This document shows positions 10,243 to 22,036 of a stretch of DNA of 39,993 bases, one piece after another. A program made the position numbers and the translations under genes. The DNA is from an uncultured Atribacterota bacterium (lineage in GTDB: Bacteria > Atribacterota > Phoenicimicrobiia > Phoenicimicrobiales > Phoenicimicrobiaceae), in contig CAZMLS010000005.1 in the NCBI GenBank assembly GCA_964567215.1, positions 1 to 39,993 on the forward strand, read 5' to 3'. The stretch's first letter is position 1; every line of letters starts with the position of its first letter. The notes under the pieces were generated by a model that searched no databases, was not told the DNA's origin, and was given only the letters and a program-made list of their open reading frames with translations.

Positions 10243-10297
10243 TTCTAATTTTGAGCTTTGAATTATGGTTTTTCACTTTTCGTTTTTTTCGATTCCC
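10243..10297 (-). repeat. Copy of a dispersed ~40-55 bp A-rich element (CGAAAAAC...ATAATTYAAA..TCAAAAT), inverted relative to the other two copies
   Basis: The revcomp reads gggaatcgaaaaaaacgaaaagtgaaaaaccataattcaaagctcaaaattagaat. Compare 25011-25049 and 38296-38335. Confidence 0.65.
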
Positions 10298-10310
10298 TAT
10301 CATTTTTCTA

Positions 10311-10619
10311 TTACATTATTTTTGGAACTTTAAAATAACCCTTTTTATTATTATTAGACATAGAAATTACTGTTTTTTGAGATAAAGAAGGCTCGACTTT
10401 ATCTTCATTGAGTAAATTCGGCATATCTATAATATATGCAGTCGGTTGAACATTTTTTGTATCCAATTCATTAAGTTTTTTAAAATAATCCAAAATGGTA
10501 TTTAACTGGTTGGTATATTGTTTTTTATCTTCTTTGTTGAGCTCTAAATTTGCCAATTGAGCTACATGTTCTACTTCTTTTGGTGTAATTATTTTATCAA
10601 TCATATTATTTTCCTCCAT
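10311..10619 (-). CDS. gatC: Glu-tRNA(Gln) amidotransferase subunit C
   Basis: ITPKEVEHVAQLANLELNKED is typical of the GatC N-terminus. About 100 aa. The start lies 1 nt after the ligA stop. Confidence 0.85.
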   Translation of the reverse strand: MEENNMIDKIITPKEVEHVAQLANLELNKEDKKQYTNQLNTILDYFKKLNELDTKNVQPTAYIIDMPNLLNEDKVEPSLSQKTVISMSNNNKKGYFKVPKIM

Positions 10620-10620
10620 A

Positions 10621-12678
<2,058 letters not shown>

Positions 12679-13083
12679 TTATGTATTAAGTATATAGAAA
12701 TTTATTTATAAATTCAACTTCAATATAAAAACAGTATGAAGTATATGGTATCAAGCATCAAGTAAAAAAAAAGAAAAACTAACTCTCTTCTTTTTATCCA
12801 AGTACCCATTAATATTTATACTAACCTTGAGACAATTTAATTAAGTGCTCGATATGATTTTACAAAAAACTTCTATTGCTTAAAAAAGAGCAGGCAAAAA
12901 ATCTGCTTTTTTTCTTCTTTGTTTCCTTAATCTCATTCTTTTCTCATTTACTTTTTAAATTTTCTCTGGACTATATTCTCGATACTTTCTTTAATTTTCA
13001 CTTTACAATATTTTAAAATAATGATAAACTTTCAATTGTATGTTTTATTATTATTTTAACAAAAATCTAGAAAGGAGTTTTAA

Positions 13084-13974
13084 ATGACTAACACGAAACA
13101 CAAAAAATTATTTCTTGCTTTACTCATTACAATATTTGTCTTTTTTCTGATTGCAATTTCCGGAATTGCCGCACAGGACACACCTTCGAATGAAACGGAG
13201 GCTACCACTGAAGCAGTAGTCCTCCCACCTGAAACAATCGTTGCTTCTTTTGGAAGTTTTACCATCACACTGGAAGACTTAAATGCAACACGGGATACTG
13301 TTCCTGCAGAATACAAAGCTCAACTAACTAAAAGCAGTATTCTTGATCAGATGATTTCAGAAAAATTATTGATTCAGGATGCAAAATCCAAAAATCTTGA
13401 AAATGATGAAAAAGTTGCCAAACAGATTAGTGATATGATCAATCAAATATTAGTTCAGGCATTAATTGAAAAAGAAGTGTTGAATACAGCTAAAGTCACC
13501 GACGAAGAAGCCACAGAATATTATAAAGATAACCAGGAAGAATTTACAGAAAAAGAGCAGGTCCATCTATTTAATATATTAGTAGAAACTGAAGAAGAAG
13601 CAAACTCTGTTTTGGAAGAATTAAATTCCGGTAAGGATTTTAGCGAAGTTGCCAAAGAAAAATCAACAGGTCCCAGCGCAGCTAATGGCGGAGATCTGGA
13701 TTACATTGCCAAAGGTTCAATTATTCCGGAAATCGAAGAAGTTGTTTTTACTTTGGAGATTGATAGTATAACCGATGTAATAAAAAGCGATTACGGTTTT
13801 CATATCTTAAAAATATCTGAAAAAAAACCGGAAGAGTTAAAATCCTTTGATGATGTTAGAGAAAGTATCATTCAAAATCTTTTACCCGAAAAACAAAAAT
13901 CAGCATTTGATAATCTCATAGAAGAATTAAAAAGTAAAACGGAAATCGAAATAAATGAAGAAGCATTAAGATAG
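13084..13974 (+). CDS. Secreted or membrane-anchored parvulin-type peptidyl-prolyl isomerase (PrsA/SurA-like)
   Basis: Signal/anchor KKLFLALLITIFVFFLIAISGIAA. PpiC rotamase domain (HLFNILV...GGDLDYIAKGSIIPEIEEVVF...DYGFHILKI). AAGGAG 7 nt upstream. Confidence 0.85.
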   Translation: MTNTKHKKLFLALLITIFVFFLIAISGIAAQDTPSNETEATTEAVVLPPETIVASFGSFTITLEDLNATRDTVPAEYKAQLTKSSILDQMISEKLLIQDAKSKNLENDEKVAKQISDMINQILVQALIEKEVLNTAKVTDEEATEYYKDNQEEFTEKEQVHLFNILVETEEEANSVLEELNSGKDFSEVAKEKSTGPSAANGGDLDYIAKGSIIPEIEEVVFTLEIDSITDVIKSDYGFHILKISEKKPEELKSFDDVRESIIQNLLPEKQKSAFDNLIEELKSKTEIEINEEALR

Positions 13975-14132
13975 TGCATAGTATTGAATAGTTGGTATTG
14001 AGTCAAGAAAGAGAAGGAACTGGCTTGAATTGCTAGAAAAAGCAGTATCGAGAAAAACAGTATCCAGGTATATGCTATCGAATCCAAGAAGGAAAAAATA
14101 AAAGGGAAAAAATAGGCTATAGCATCTGAAAT

Positions 14133-14168
14133 AAAAAAAGAGTACGAATTAATCGTACTCTTTTTTTA
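14133..14168. terminator. Bidirectional intrinsic terminator between convergent prsA-like gene and pcrA
   Basis: A7-agagtacga / attaa / tcgtactct-T7: a perfect 9-bp stem flanked by A and T runs. Confidence 0.85.
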
Positions 14169-14235
14169 TTAAGGTAAATATGTTTTGATTGTACCCCGAA
14201 AAAGGAAACGGAAGTGATACGCTATACGCTATCTA

Positions 14236-16389
14236 TTACACTTTCTCCAATGGAGCATAGTTCATTGATAATTTTTTTAAACCTGCTTTTTCAAAATCTA
14301 CTGTTAAAAAAACATCGTTTTCCGTTTCTTTTTTCTCCAGGATAATCCCGATTCCCCAATCTGCATGCCTGACTTGATCTCCTTTCGATACTTCTATAAT
14401 CTTCTCTCTCTTGTTAAATACCGGAATTTCCTCTATTTTATTAACATTGACTTTTTCCATGAGACATGCAGGAATTTCTTTATAGAACCGTGATATGCTA
14501 TTAAACAAGGTATTCCCGTTCAAACTTCTTCTCCAGGCATAAGTCAAATATAATCTTTCCATTGCACGGGTCATTCCAACATAACATAATCTCCTTTCTT
14601 CTTCTAATTCTTCATTACTGTGCACTGAACGTGCATGAGGGAAAATTCCCTCTTCGAACCCGGTAATAAATACAATGGGAAATTCTAAACCTTTGGCACT
14701 ATGTAAGGTCATTACAGTAACCACGTCTTCCTGTTTTTTATATAAATCAATATCACTTATTAACGCAACATATTCTAAAAACGCTCTCAGAGATTTATCT
14801 TCTCTGTTTTCTTCAAAATCTTGAATTGCAAAAACTAATTCTTTTATATTTTCAATTTTAGCTTCCGCTTTAAAATCATCTTCTTTTTTTAATTCCTTCT
14901 TATAGTCTATTTTTTTCAACAATATTATTAATAGTTCACTACCGGTCATTTTATCTCTTTCTTGATTTAATTCATCAATTAAAGAAGTAAATCTTTTTAT
15001 TTTCAATTGTCTATCGCTCGACAGTTTAGAGTCCTGTTTTGTTAAAAAATAGATTAAAGCCTGGTGATAATTCAAGTTATTTTCTTTTGCCAGGTACTCA
15101 ATTTTGGATAAAGTTACTTTACCTATTCCTAATTTTTCATTACTGAGAATTCTTAAAAAACTTACGCCATCTTTTTGGTCATAGATAAACCGCAAGTAGG
15201 CCAAGATATCCTTTATCTCTTTTCTCTCATAAAATCTTAAGCCTCCGACTACTTTAAATGGAATTCCCTGTTTATTAAATATTTCTTCAAAAGCTCTGGA
15301 TTGAGCATTGGTACGATATAAAATTGAAAAATCTTTAAAAGTCTTACCTTTTTCTTTCATTAATTTTAATATTTCCTGACCAACAAATTCTGCTTCATCA
15401 AGAGCGCTTGCTGACTCATAACATTTTATTTTTTCGCCTTCTTTTTTATCAGTCCATAAATCTTTGTCTTTGCGGTTTCTATTATGCCTAATTAATTTTG
15501 TTGCTCCCTCTAAAATAACTTTTGTTGAACGATAATTCTGTTCCAGTTTTATCAAATTGCTATCGGGGTAATCTTCTTCAAATTTCATAATATTACTTAA
15601 ATCTGCACCCCTGAACTTGTATATACTTTGATCGGGATCACCGACAACAAATAAATTATGATATTTACTTGAAAGCAGTCTTATAAAAGAATATTGAGCC
15701 CTATTGATATCCTGGTATTCGTCTACTAATACATGCATAAACTTGTTTTGGTATTTTTCTAGAATAGCGGGTTTCTCTTTAAATATTTTAACGGTTAACA
15801 ATATCAAGTCTCCAAAATCAAGAGCATTGTTTCTTTTCAACTCCTGCTGATATAATCTATAAATTTTTTCCACAATTTTTTTAAAAAAACCAAGTGCATT
15901 GTATTCAAAAGCTTCTACATCTTCCAAATTATTTTTTGCTTTATCAATAATTGAAGAAAATAAATTTGGACTATATCTTTTTGTTCCCAGATCCAGTTGT
16001 TTAATACACTTTCTAATCAAACTTAACTGGTCTCCTTTATCATATATAATAAAATTGTTATCATATCCTAAAGCTTCTATCTCATATCTTAATATCCGGG
16101 CACAAATTGAATGAAATGTTCCCATCCATAATCCTTTTATTTTTATATCACTATTTATGTCTTGATATAAATTATCAATTCTTGTCTTCATTTCATTGGC
16201 TGCTTTATTTGTAAAGGTTACTGCCAGAATATTGCCTGGATTTATCTTTTCTTCATGAATAAGATAGGCAACACGGTGAGTCAACACCTTTGTCTTTCCG
16301 CTTCCCGCTCCGGCAATGACCAATGTTGGATTATTTTTAGATTTTACTGCTTCCAACTGCCTGTTGTTAAGGTTATCCAGTATTTTCAT
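14236..16389 (-). CDS. pcrA: ATP-dependent DNA helicase PcrA/UvrD family
   Basis: Walker A AGAGSGKT, motif II VDEYQD, TLHSAKGLEFPIVFI, RRLCYVGMTRA. Confidence 0.95.
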   Translation of the reverse strand: MKILDNLNNRQLEAVKSKNNPTLVIAGAGSGKTKVLTHRVAYLIHEEKINPGNILAVTFTNKAANEMKTRIDNLYQDINSDIKIKGLWMGTFHSICARILRYEIEALGYDNNFIIYDKGDQLSLIRKCIKQLDLGTKRYSPNLFSSIIDKAKNNLEDVEAFEYNALGFFKKIVEKIYRLYQQELKRNNALDFGDLILLTVKIFKEKPAILEKYQNKFMHVLVDEYQDINRAQYSFIRLLSSKYHNLFVVGDPDQSIYKFRGADLSNIMKFEEDYPDSNLIKLEQNYRSTKVILEGATKLIRHNRNRKDKDLWTDKKEGEKIKCYESASALDEAEFVGQEILKLMKEKGKTFKDFSILYRTNAQSRAFEEIFNKQGIPFKVVGGLRFYERKEIKDILAYLRFIYDQKDGVSFLRILSNEKLGIGKVTLSKIEYLAKENNLNYHQALIYFLTKQDSKLSSDRQLKIKRFTSLIDELNQERDKMTGSELLIILLKKIDYKKELKKEDDFKAEAKIENIKELVFAIQDFEENREDKSLRAFLEYVALISDIDLYKKQEDVVTVMTLHSAKGLEFPIVFITGFEEGIFPHARSVHSNEELEEERRLCYVGMTRAMERLYLTYAWRRSLNGNTLFNSISRFYKEIPACLMEKVNVNKIEEIPVFNKREKIIEVSKGDQVRHADWGIGIILEKKETENDVFLTVDFEKAGLKKLSMNYAPLEKV

Positions 16390-16569
16390 ATTTAACTCTT
16401 ATACTCCTGTTTAATATTTTATATGTTGGTTAAACTAATTTATATAAAGATTATCAAAATATTATAAAAAACCTGTAATTTTATATGACCCTTTTTGCTT
16501 TTACCTTCCGCCCCTTCCGGGTACATAATACACAATGATTTATACCTAAAACAGTATGCACTAAACGGC

Positions 16570-16593
16570 AAGGGCACGATTCAACGTGCCCTT
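16570..16593 (+). terminator. GC-rich hairpin with a U-tract only on the plus strand (terminator-like, opposite in orientation to the flanking genes)
   Basis: aagggcacg / attcaa / cgtgccctt followed by ttattactatttt on the plus strand. On the minus strand the stem is followed by gccgtttag, with no U-tract. Confidence 0.5.
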
Positions 16594-16647
16594 TTATTAC
16601 TATTTTGCTTACTTTTCAGGTTGTAACCGTTAATAACAAAAATAATA

Positions 16648-17838
16648 TTATTTTAAAAGTTTCTCTATCCGGTTTAAACCTTCTTCAATATCTTCCAGGG
16701 AAGTTGCGTAAGATAAGCGCAGATAACCTTCTGCCTCAAAAGCAATACCGGGAACCACTGCAACCTCAGCCTCCTTAAGTATAAAATCAGAAAGATCAAA
16801 TGAGGTCTTAATTGCATGACCCCGATATTTCCTACCCCTTGCTAATATATTGCTTATATCGGGAAAGGCATAAAAAGCTCCGGATGGAACAAGACAGGAA
16901 AACCCCTTTATCCCGTTTAATCTTGAAACCATATATTTTCTTCGTTTATCAAAAGCTTTTCTCATTTCTTCAATCGTATCCTGTTTTCCAATCAATGCCT
17001 CCACACTTGCTTTTTGTGCTATTGAATTAGGATTAGAGGTACTGTGACCTTGAATTTTAGACATGCCTTTAATAATATCTTCCGGTCCTGCTGCATATCC
17101 AATTCTCCAACCGGTCATAGCATATGATTTAGAAACCCCATTAATAGTAATCATTTTCCCCTTTATTTCATCACCTAAAGATGCCATGCTAAAATGTTTT
17201 GCATTATCATAAATTAATTTTTCATATATTTCATCACAAATGCAATAGATGTCATGTTCCACACAAATTTGAGCAATTTTTTTCAATTCATTTTCATCGT
17301 AAACTGCTCCAGTCGGGTTATTGGGGCTATTCAAAATAATTAATTTTGTTTTAGGGGAGATTTTCTCTTTAATTTGAACAGCATCTAATTTAAATTCGTC
17401 TTTATAATAAGTAGGTACAAAAACGGGAACAGCCCTTGCCATCTTTATCTGCTCAGTATAACTTACCCAGCAGGGAATCGGTAACAATACCTCATCGCCG
17501 GGGTTACAAATAGTTAAAATGGTATTAAAGAGGCATTGTTTCGCACCGGTCGACACAATAATTTCTGATGTTTTGTAATCTATTTTATTATCTTTTTTAA
17601 GTTTTTCTACAATTGCTCTTTTAAGTTCAATAATTCCTGAACTTGTAGTATAATGACTGAAACCTTCTTTAATCGCGGAAATTGCCTCTTCTCTAATATT
17701 TTCGGGGGTATCAAAATCCGGTTCACCTGCTCCAAAACTAATAACTTTTTTCCCTTCCTGTTTCATTTTTAAGGCTTGTGCTGTAATCGCTAAAGTTTGT
17801 GAGGGGTTAATATTTTTTACTAAATTTGATACTGCCAT
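16648..17838 (-). CDS. PLP-dependent aminotransferase, class I (aspartate/aromatic type)
   Basis: NSPNNPTG and the PLP-lysine motif GVSKSYAMTGWRIGY. About 396 aa. Confidence 0.9.
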   Translation of the reverse strand: MAVSNLVKNINPSQTLAITAQALKMKQEGKKVISFGAGEPDFDTPENIREEAISAIKEGFSHYTTSSGIIELKRAIVEKLKKDNKIDYKTSEIIVSTGAKQCLFNTILTICNPGDEVLLPIPCWVSYTEQIKMARAVPVFVPTYYKDEFKLDAVQIKEKISPKTKLIILNSPNNPTGAVYDENELKKIAQICVEHDIYCICDEIYEKLIYDNAKHFSMASLGDEIKGKMITINGVSKSYAMTGWRIGYAAGPEDIIKGMSKIQGHSTSNPNSIAQKASVEALIGKQDTIEEMRKAFDKRRKYMVSRLNGIKGFSCLVPSGAFYAFPDISNILARGRKYRGHAIKTSFDLSDFILKEAEVAVVPGIAFEAEGYLRLSYATSLEDIEEGLNRIEKLLK

Positions 17839-17898
17839 ATTTTACCTTCTTTCTTAAAATTATTTTAATTTATATAGGGTCAAATCTTTCTTCTTCCT

Positions 17899-18786
17899 TT
17901 AGATGTATTCGAGCCATTCTAAGTATTTCTTTTCTTTTCCTTTGGTAATTTCGAAAAATACTTTTTGAATATTTTCAGTAACAGGTCCACGTTTTCCCTC
18001 ACCGATCTGGTATTTATCGATTTCTCTAATGGGAGTTACTTCAGCCGCCGTACCCGCAAAAAATACTTCATCCGAAATGTAGAGTTCATCTCTTCCGATA
18101 CGTTTTTCTTTAACTTGGTAGCCCATATCTTGAGCAATTTTTATTACAGAATCTCGAGTAATTCCTTCTAATACTATATTGGTAGGGGTAGTATGGATGA
18201 TACCATTTCTTACCCAAAATAAATTTTCACCGGAACCTTCAGCAACATAACCATTCGTATCCAGTAATATTGCTTCATCAACTCCTGTTTCAATTGCTTC
18301 CATTTTAGCAAATATGGAATTAACATAATTTGCACAAATTTTTGCTTTTTGAGATGTTGAGTTTATATAACTTCGAGCATAACTTGAAATCCTGGTTTTA
18401 ATCCCATTAACCAGGCCTTCTTCTCCCAAATATGCTCCCCATTCCCAAACAGCTATTGCACAGTTAACCGGGCAATCGAATGGATTTAGAGATAAATTAT
18501 CAAATCCCCGGTATACCAGGGGTCGAATATAACAGCTTTTCAGGTTGTTTATTTTTATAATATCCTTAATGGCTTTAATTATCTGATCTTTATTGTAAGG
18601 AATTTCCATTTTAAATATTTTTGCCGAATTAAACAAACGGTCAACATGTTCTTTTAATCTAAAGACTGCTGTTCCGCTATCGGTTTTATAAGCCCTTATT
18701 CCTTCAAATACACCACTTCCGTAATGCAATGCATGTGTACATACATGGACATTAGCTTTATCCCAATCAATAATTTTTCCATCCAT
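17899..18786 (-). CDS. ilvE: Branched-chain amino acid aminotransferase. The coordinates use the first ATG. The true start is probably 21 nt upstream, at 18807.
   Basis: HALHYGSGVFEGIRAY, EGSGENLF, GITRDSV. The in-frame upstream codons read ATA AAA GCT GAA AAA ATA TGG before the ATG, with GGAGG 9 nt upstream of the ATA. Confidence 0.9.
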   Translation of the reverse strand: MDGKIIDWDKANVHVCTHALHYGSGVFEGIRAYKTDSGTAVFRLKEHVDRLFNSAKIFKMEIPYNKDQIIKAIKDIIKINNLKSCYIRPLVYRGFDNLSLNPFDCPVNCAIAVWEWGAYLGEEGLVNGIKTRISSYARSYINSTSQKAKICANYVNSIFAKMEAIETGVDEAILLDTNGYVAEGSGENLFWVRNGIIHTTPTNIVLEGITRDSVIKIAQDMGYQVKEKRIGRDELYISDEVFFAGTAAEVTPIREIDKYQIGEGKRGPVTENIQKVFFEITKGKEKKYLEWLEYI

Positions 18787-19102
18787 CCATATTTTTTCAG
18801 CTTTTATTTTTGTCTACCTCCTTTTTAAATTATGTTTAAAGTAATTTTAGCACATTTTTTCAACAATTATCTACTATTGCTTTTAAAATACAGAAAAAAT
18901 ATTATTTTAATCTGTCAATTTCTTTCTTTTTTAACAATATTTAGCCATATAGAACGATATAACCTGTTTTTAAACATACTAATATAATTTAGGGAAAAAT
19001 AATATTTATAAAAATTATTTTAGAGAGTAGGGACCTCGGTTTGCATATCAATAAAAATTCAGATATTTAAAAATAATTATGTATCGTAATATTTATAAAC
19101 AT

Positions 19103-19918
19103 TTAATAGAGTCTCTCTAATCGTATTTTTTTTATCTTGGAAAGATCATTATTAAGAATAATTTTAACTGTTTTTTCCACTTTTTCAGGTAAGCCGGTAG
19201 TATAATAATTTTCCTCGTATTTACCTTCTTTTTGTAAAATTCCCTTTTTGGTGAGAATTTCCTTTAAATTTAATGAGGTACTGACAGATGGATCAACTAA
19301 TAATACTCTTGGCCCCATAATATCTGATATTACCTTTTTTAAAAAAGAATAGTGCGTACAGCCTAATATTAAAGTGTCAATTTTCTCATCTTTTAGGGGT
19401 TTAAGGTACTTTTGGGCAACTTCATAGGTTTCAGGTGCGGTAAATTTTCCGGCTTCAACTATAGAGACAAATTCGGGACAAAAATTAGAAAAAACTTTTA
19501 TTTCGGGAGCAATTCTTTTAATCTCTTCAGGATAAGCTCCATTTTTGGTGGTAAATTCGGTGGCGATAACTCCGATTCTTTTCTTAGAAGTCTTCTTTAT
19601 GGCATCCTTAACTGCTGGTCGGATAACACCAATTATAGGAATAGGAAAATATTCTCTTGCTCTTTTGAGGCTGGCAGCGGTAGCTGTATTACATGCTATA
19701 ACACAAATTTTTATTTTTTTCTTCATAAGAAAATTAATTATTTGAAGGGTGTAATATATAAGTTCATCTTGGCTTTTTTCACCATAAGGTTGACGCTGAT
19801 TATCAGCAAAGTATTCAATGCTCTCCCGGGGCAACAGTTTTTTTACCTCACTTACAACCGATAACCCGCCCAATCCTGAATCAAAAAATCCTATGGGTTG
19901 TTCCTCTATTGCATTCAT
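19103..19918 (-). CDS. murI: Glutamate racemase
   Basis: IGFFDSGLGGLSV, catalytic Cys motifs IACNTA and LGCTHY. Confidence 0.93.
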   Translation of the reverse strand: MNAIEEQPIGFFDSGLGGLSVVSEVKKLLPRESIEYFADNQRQPYGEKSQDELIYYTLQIINFLMKKKIKICVIACNTATAASLKRAREYFPIPIIGVIRPAVKDAIKKTSKKRIGVIATEFTTKNGAYPEEIKRIAPEIKVFSNFCPEFVSIVEAGKFTAPETYEVAQKYLKPLKDEKIDTLILGCTHYSFLKKVISDIMGPRVLLVDPSVSTSLNLKEILTKKGILQKEGKYEENYYTTGLPEKVEKTVKIILNNDLSKIKKIRLERLY

Positions 19919-20166
19919 TCCTATCTCTTTCTTTTACTTTAAATTATACTTTTTAAATTGAATGACTTTCAACAATTTTTCATAAGCTCTATACCATTCT
20001 TCGGATCCTGCTCGTAATAAATAATTATAAGTATAATGTTTTTTCTAAGTATTGTCTTTTATTGCATTGAACCTTACGTATAATCTTATTAATATTTTTT
20101 ATTGACATTTTTAAGATTTTATCCATATCGCTTAAATAAAATATTTATCCGCTTGCTTTTAGGTTT

Positions 20167-21906
20167 TTATTCCATGCTATCGGGAATAAAACCTCTAAAT
20201 TGTGCTTTGTAAAGTTTAGCGTATATTCCATTTTGGGCAATAAGCTTTTCATGAGTGCCTTTTTCAACAATACCCTGCTCATTTAAAACTAAGATTTTAT
20301 CTGCATTTTTAATGGTAGAAAGCCTATGTGCAATAACTAATACTGTTCTGCCAACAGATAATTTTTTCAAAGCTTTTTGTACCAGTAATTCAGTTTCACT
20401 GTCCAATGCGGATGTGGCTTCATCAAGAATTAGAATAGAAGGATTTTTTAAAAAAGCTCTCGCCAAAGATATTCTCTGTCTTTGGCCTCCCGAAAGTTTT
20501 ATTCCATTTTCTCCAATATAAGTATCATATCCCTCGCTTAAACTGACAATAAAATTGTGAATATTTGCATCTTTAGCTGCTTGTATCAGTTCCTCATCTG
20601 TTGCTTCCGGTTTACCGTATAATATATTTTCTCTGATGGTTCCGGTAAAAAGAAAAATATTCTGTTGAACCAATCCAATATTATCTCTTAATGATTTCAA
20701 TGTTATCATTTTTATATTTATATCATCAATTAATATTTCACCGCTGTTAACTTCGTAAAAACGGGGAATTAGATTACAAAAAGTAGTTTTACCTCCACCG
20801 GACGGTCCAACCAGAGCAATCATTTCTCCGGGGTGAATTTTAAGGTTTATGTTGTGCAAGATATTCCTATCCGTATTATAGCTAAAAGTAACATTTTTGA
20901 ATTCTATCTCTCCAGATATCTTTCCTTCTATTGTAATTGCTTCTGATGTATCCTCTATGGATGGTTTTATTTTCATGATTTCTACAAATCTTTCAAAACC
21001 GGTCATACCATTTTGAAATTGTTGTGTAAAGTTGGTTAATTTTCTAATTGGTTGTAGAAAAAAATTAATGTATAGAATATAAGCTATTAAATCTCCAATA
21101 TTTATATTTCCTTTATAAACAAAAAATCCGCCCACAGTTAAAGCCGTGATATTTAACAAATTAGATAAGAAAAATACTCCGGTAAAAAATTCCGCCATTG
21201 CTTTATATGCATATTCTCTTGAATCATTAAATTTTCTATTTCCTTCGTCAAATTTTTCAATTTCAAATTCTTCATTAGTGTATGATTTTGCTACTCTGAT
21301 ACCGGAAATGCTATTTTCAACCTGGGAGTTAACTGCTGCAATTTTTTTTCTAACCAACCTGAATGCTTTGGTCATTTTTTGTCTTTTTAAAGTTGCGTAA
21401 TAAATTAACAGTGGTAAAAAGGAATATATAATTAAGGTAAGTTTCCAATCTATTGTCATAAGAATTATAAAAGAACCGATTAACATAACTAAAGATAAAA
21501 AAATATCTTCCGGTCCGTGATGGGCTAATTCACTTATTTCCCTTAAATCATTAACTATTCTCGACATAATATGACCTGTTTTTACATTATCAAAAAAATC
21601 AAATGATAAAGTTTGCAAATGCCCGAATAAGTCTTTTCTCATGTCTCTTTCCATTCTTGTTCCAACGATATGCCCCCAGTAATCTACGATGTAGTTCAAG
21701 ATGGCTCTCATCACTGCCAGTATAAGGAGCAATACAGCCAGGAGATAAAAGATTCTGATTTTTCCGTTTGGAATAATATCGTTAATAAATTGTCTGGTAA
21801 TCATGGGAAAAACCAAATCTATAGCTGCTATCATAAACGCACAAAACATATCTAACGCAAATAGCTTTCTGTATGGTTTATAATAGGATAAAAATATTTT
21901 TAACAA
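20167..21906 (-). CDS. ABC transporter, fused permease/ATPase (MsbA / multidrug-exporter type)
   Basis: Six N-terminal TM helices. Walker A GPSGGGKTT, signature LSGGQRQRISLARA, Walker B ILILDEATSALD. TTG start per the ORF track. Confidence 0.9.
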   Translation of the reverse strand: MLKIFLSYYKPYRKLFALDMFCAFMIAAIDLVFPMITRQFINDIIPNGKIRIFYLLAVLLLILAVMRAILNYIVDYWGHIVGTRMERDMRKDLFGHLQTLSFDFFDNVKTGHIMSRIVNDLREISELAHHGPEDIFLSLVMLIGSFIILMTIDWKLTLIIYSFLPLLIYYATLKRQKMTKAFRLVRKKIAAVNSQVENSISGIRVAKSYTNEEFEIEKFDEGNRKFNDSREYAYKAMAEFFTGVFFLSNLLNITALTVGGFFVYKGNINIGDLIAYILYINFFLQPIRKLTNFTQQFQNGMTGFERFVEIMKIKPSIEDTSEAITIEGKISGEIEFKNVTFSYNTDRNILHNINLKIHPGEMIALVGPSGGGKTTFCNLIPRFYEVNSGEILIDDINIKMITLKSLRDNIGLVQQNIFLFTGTIRENILYGKPEATDEELIQAAKDANIHNFIVSLSEGYDTYIGENGIKLSGGQRQRISLARAFLKNPSILILDEATSALDSETELLVQKALKKLSVGRTVLVIAHRLSTIKNADKILVLNEQGIVEKGTHEKLIAQNGIYAKLYKAQFRGFIPDSME

Positions 21907-22036
21907 TGTTTTTCCTTTGATAATTTTGTACTTATAGATCTTAAAAGAATAAAGAGATTATATAGCGGTATAATTAACTAATTATGCCAAATTATTTTAT
22001 GTTAAAATTATATCTTCAGGATGATTTATTCGATAA

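Noticed and set aside
12882-12913. A6-gagcag-loop-ctgc-T7 hairpin in the divergent ligA/prsA-like promoter region
   Set aside because: Only about 4 G-C pairs, with the rest A-U, so stability is marginal. A terminator makes little sense between divergent starts. It may be noise in AT-rich DNA.
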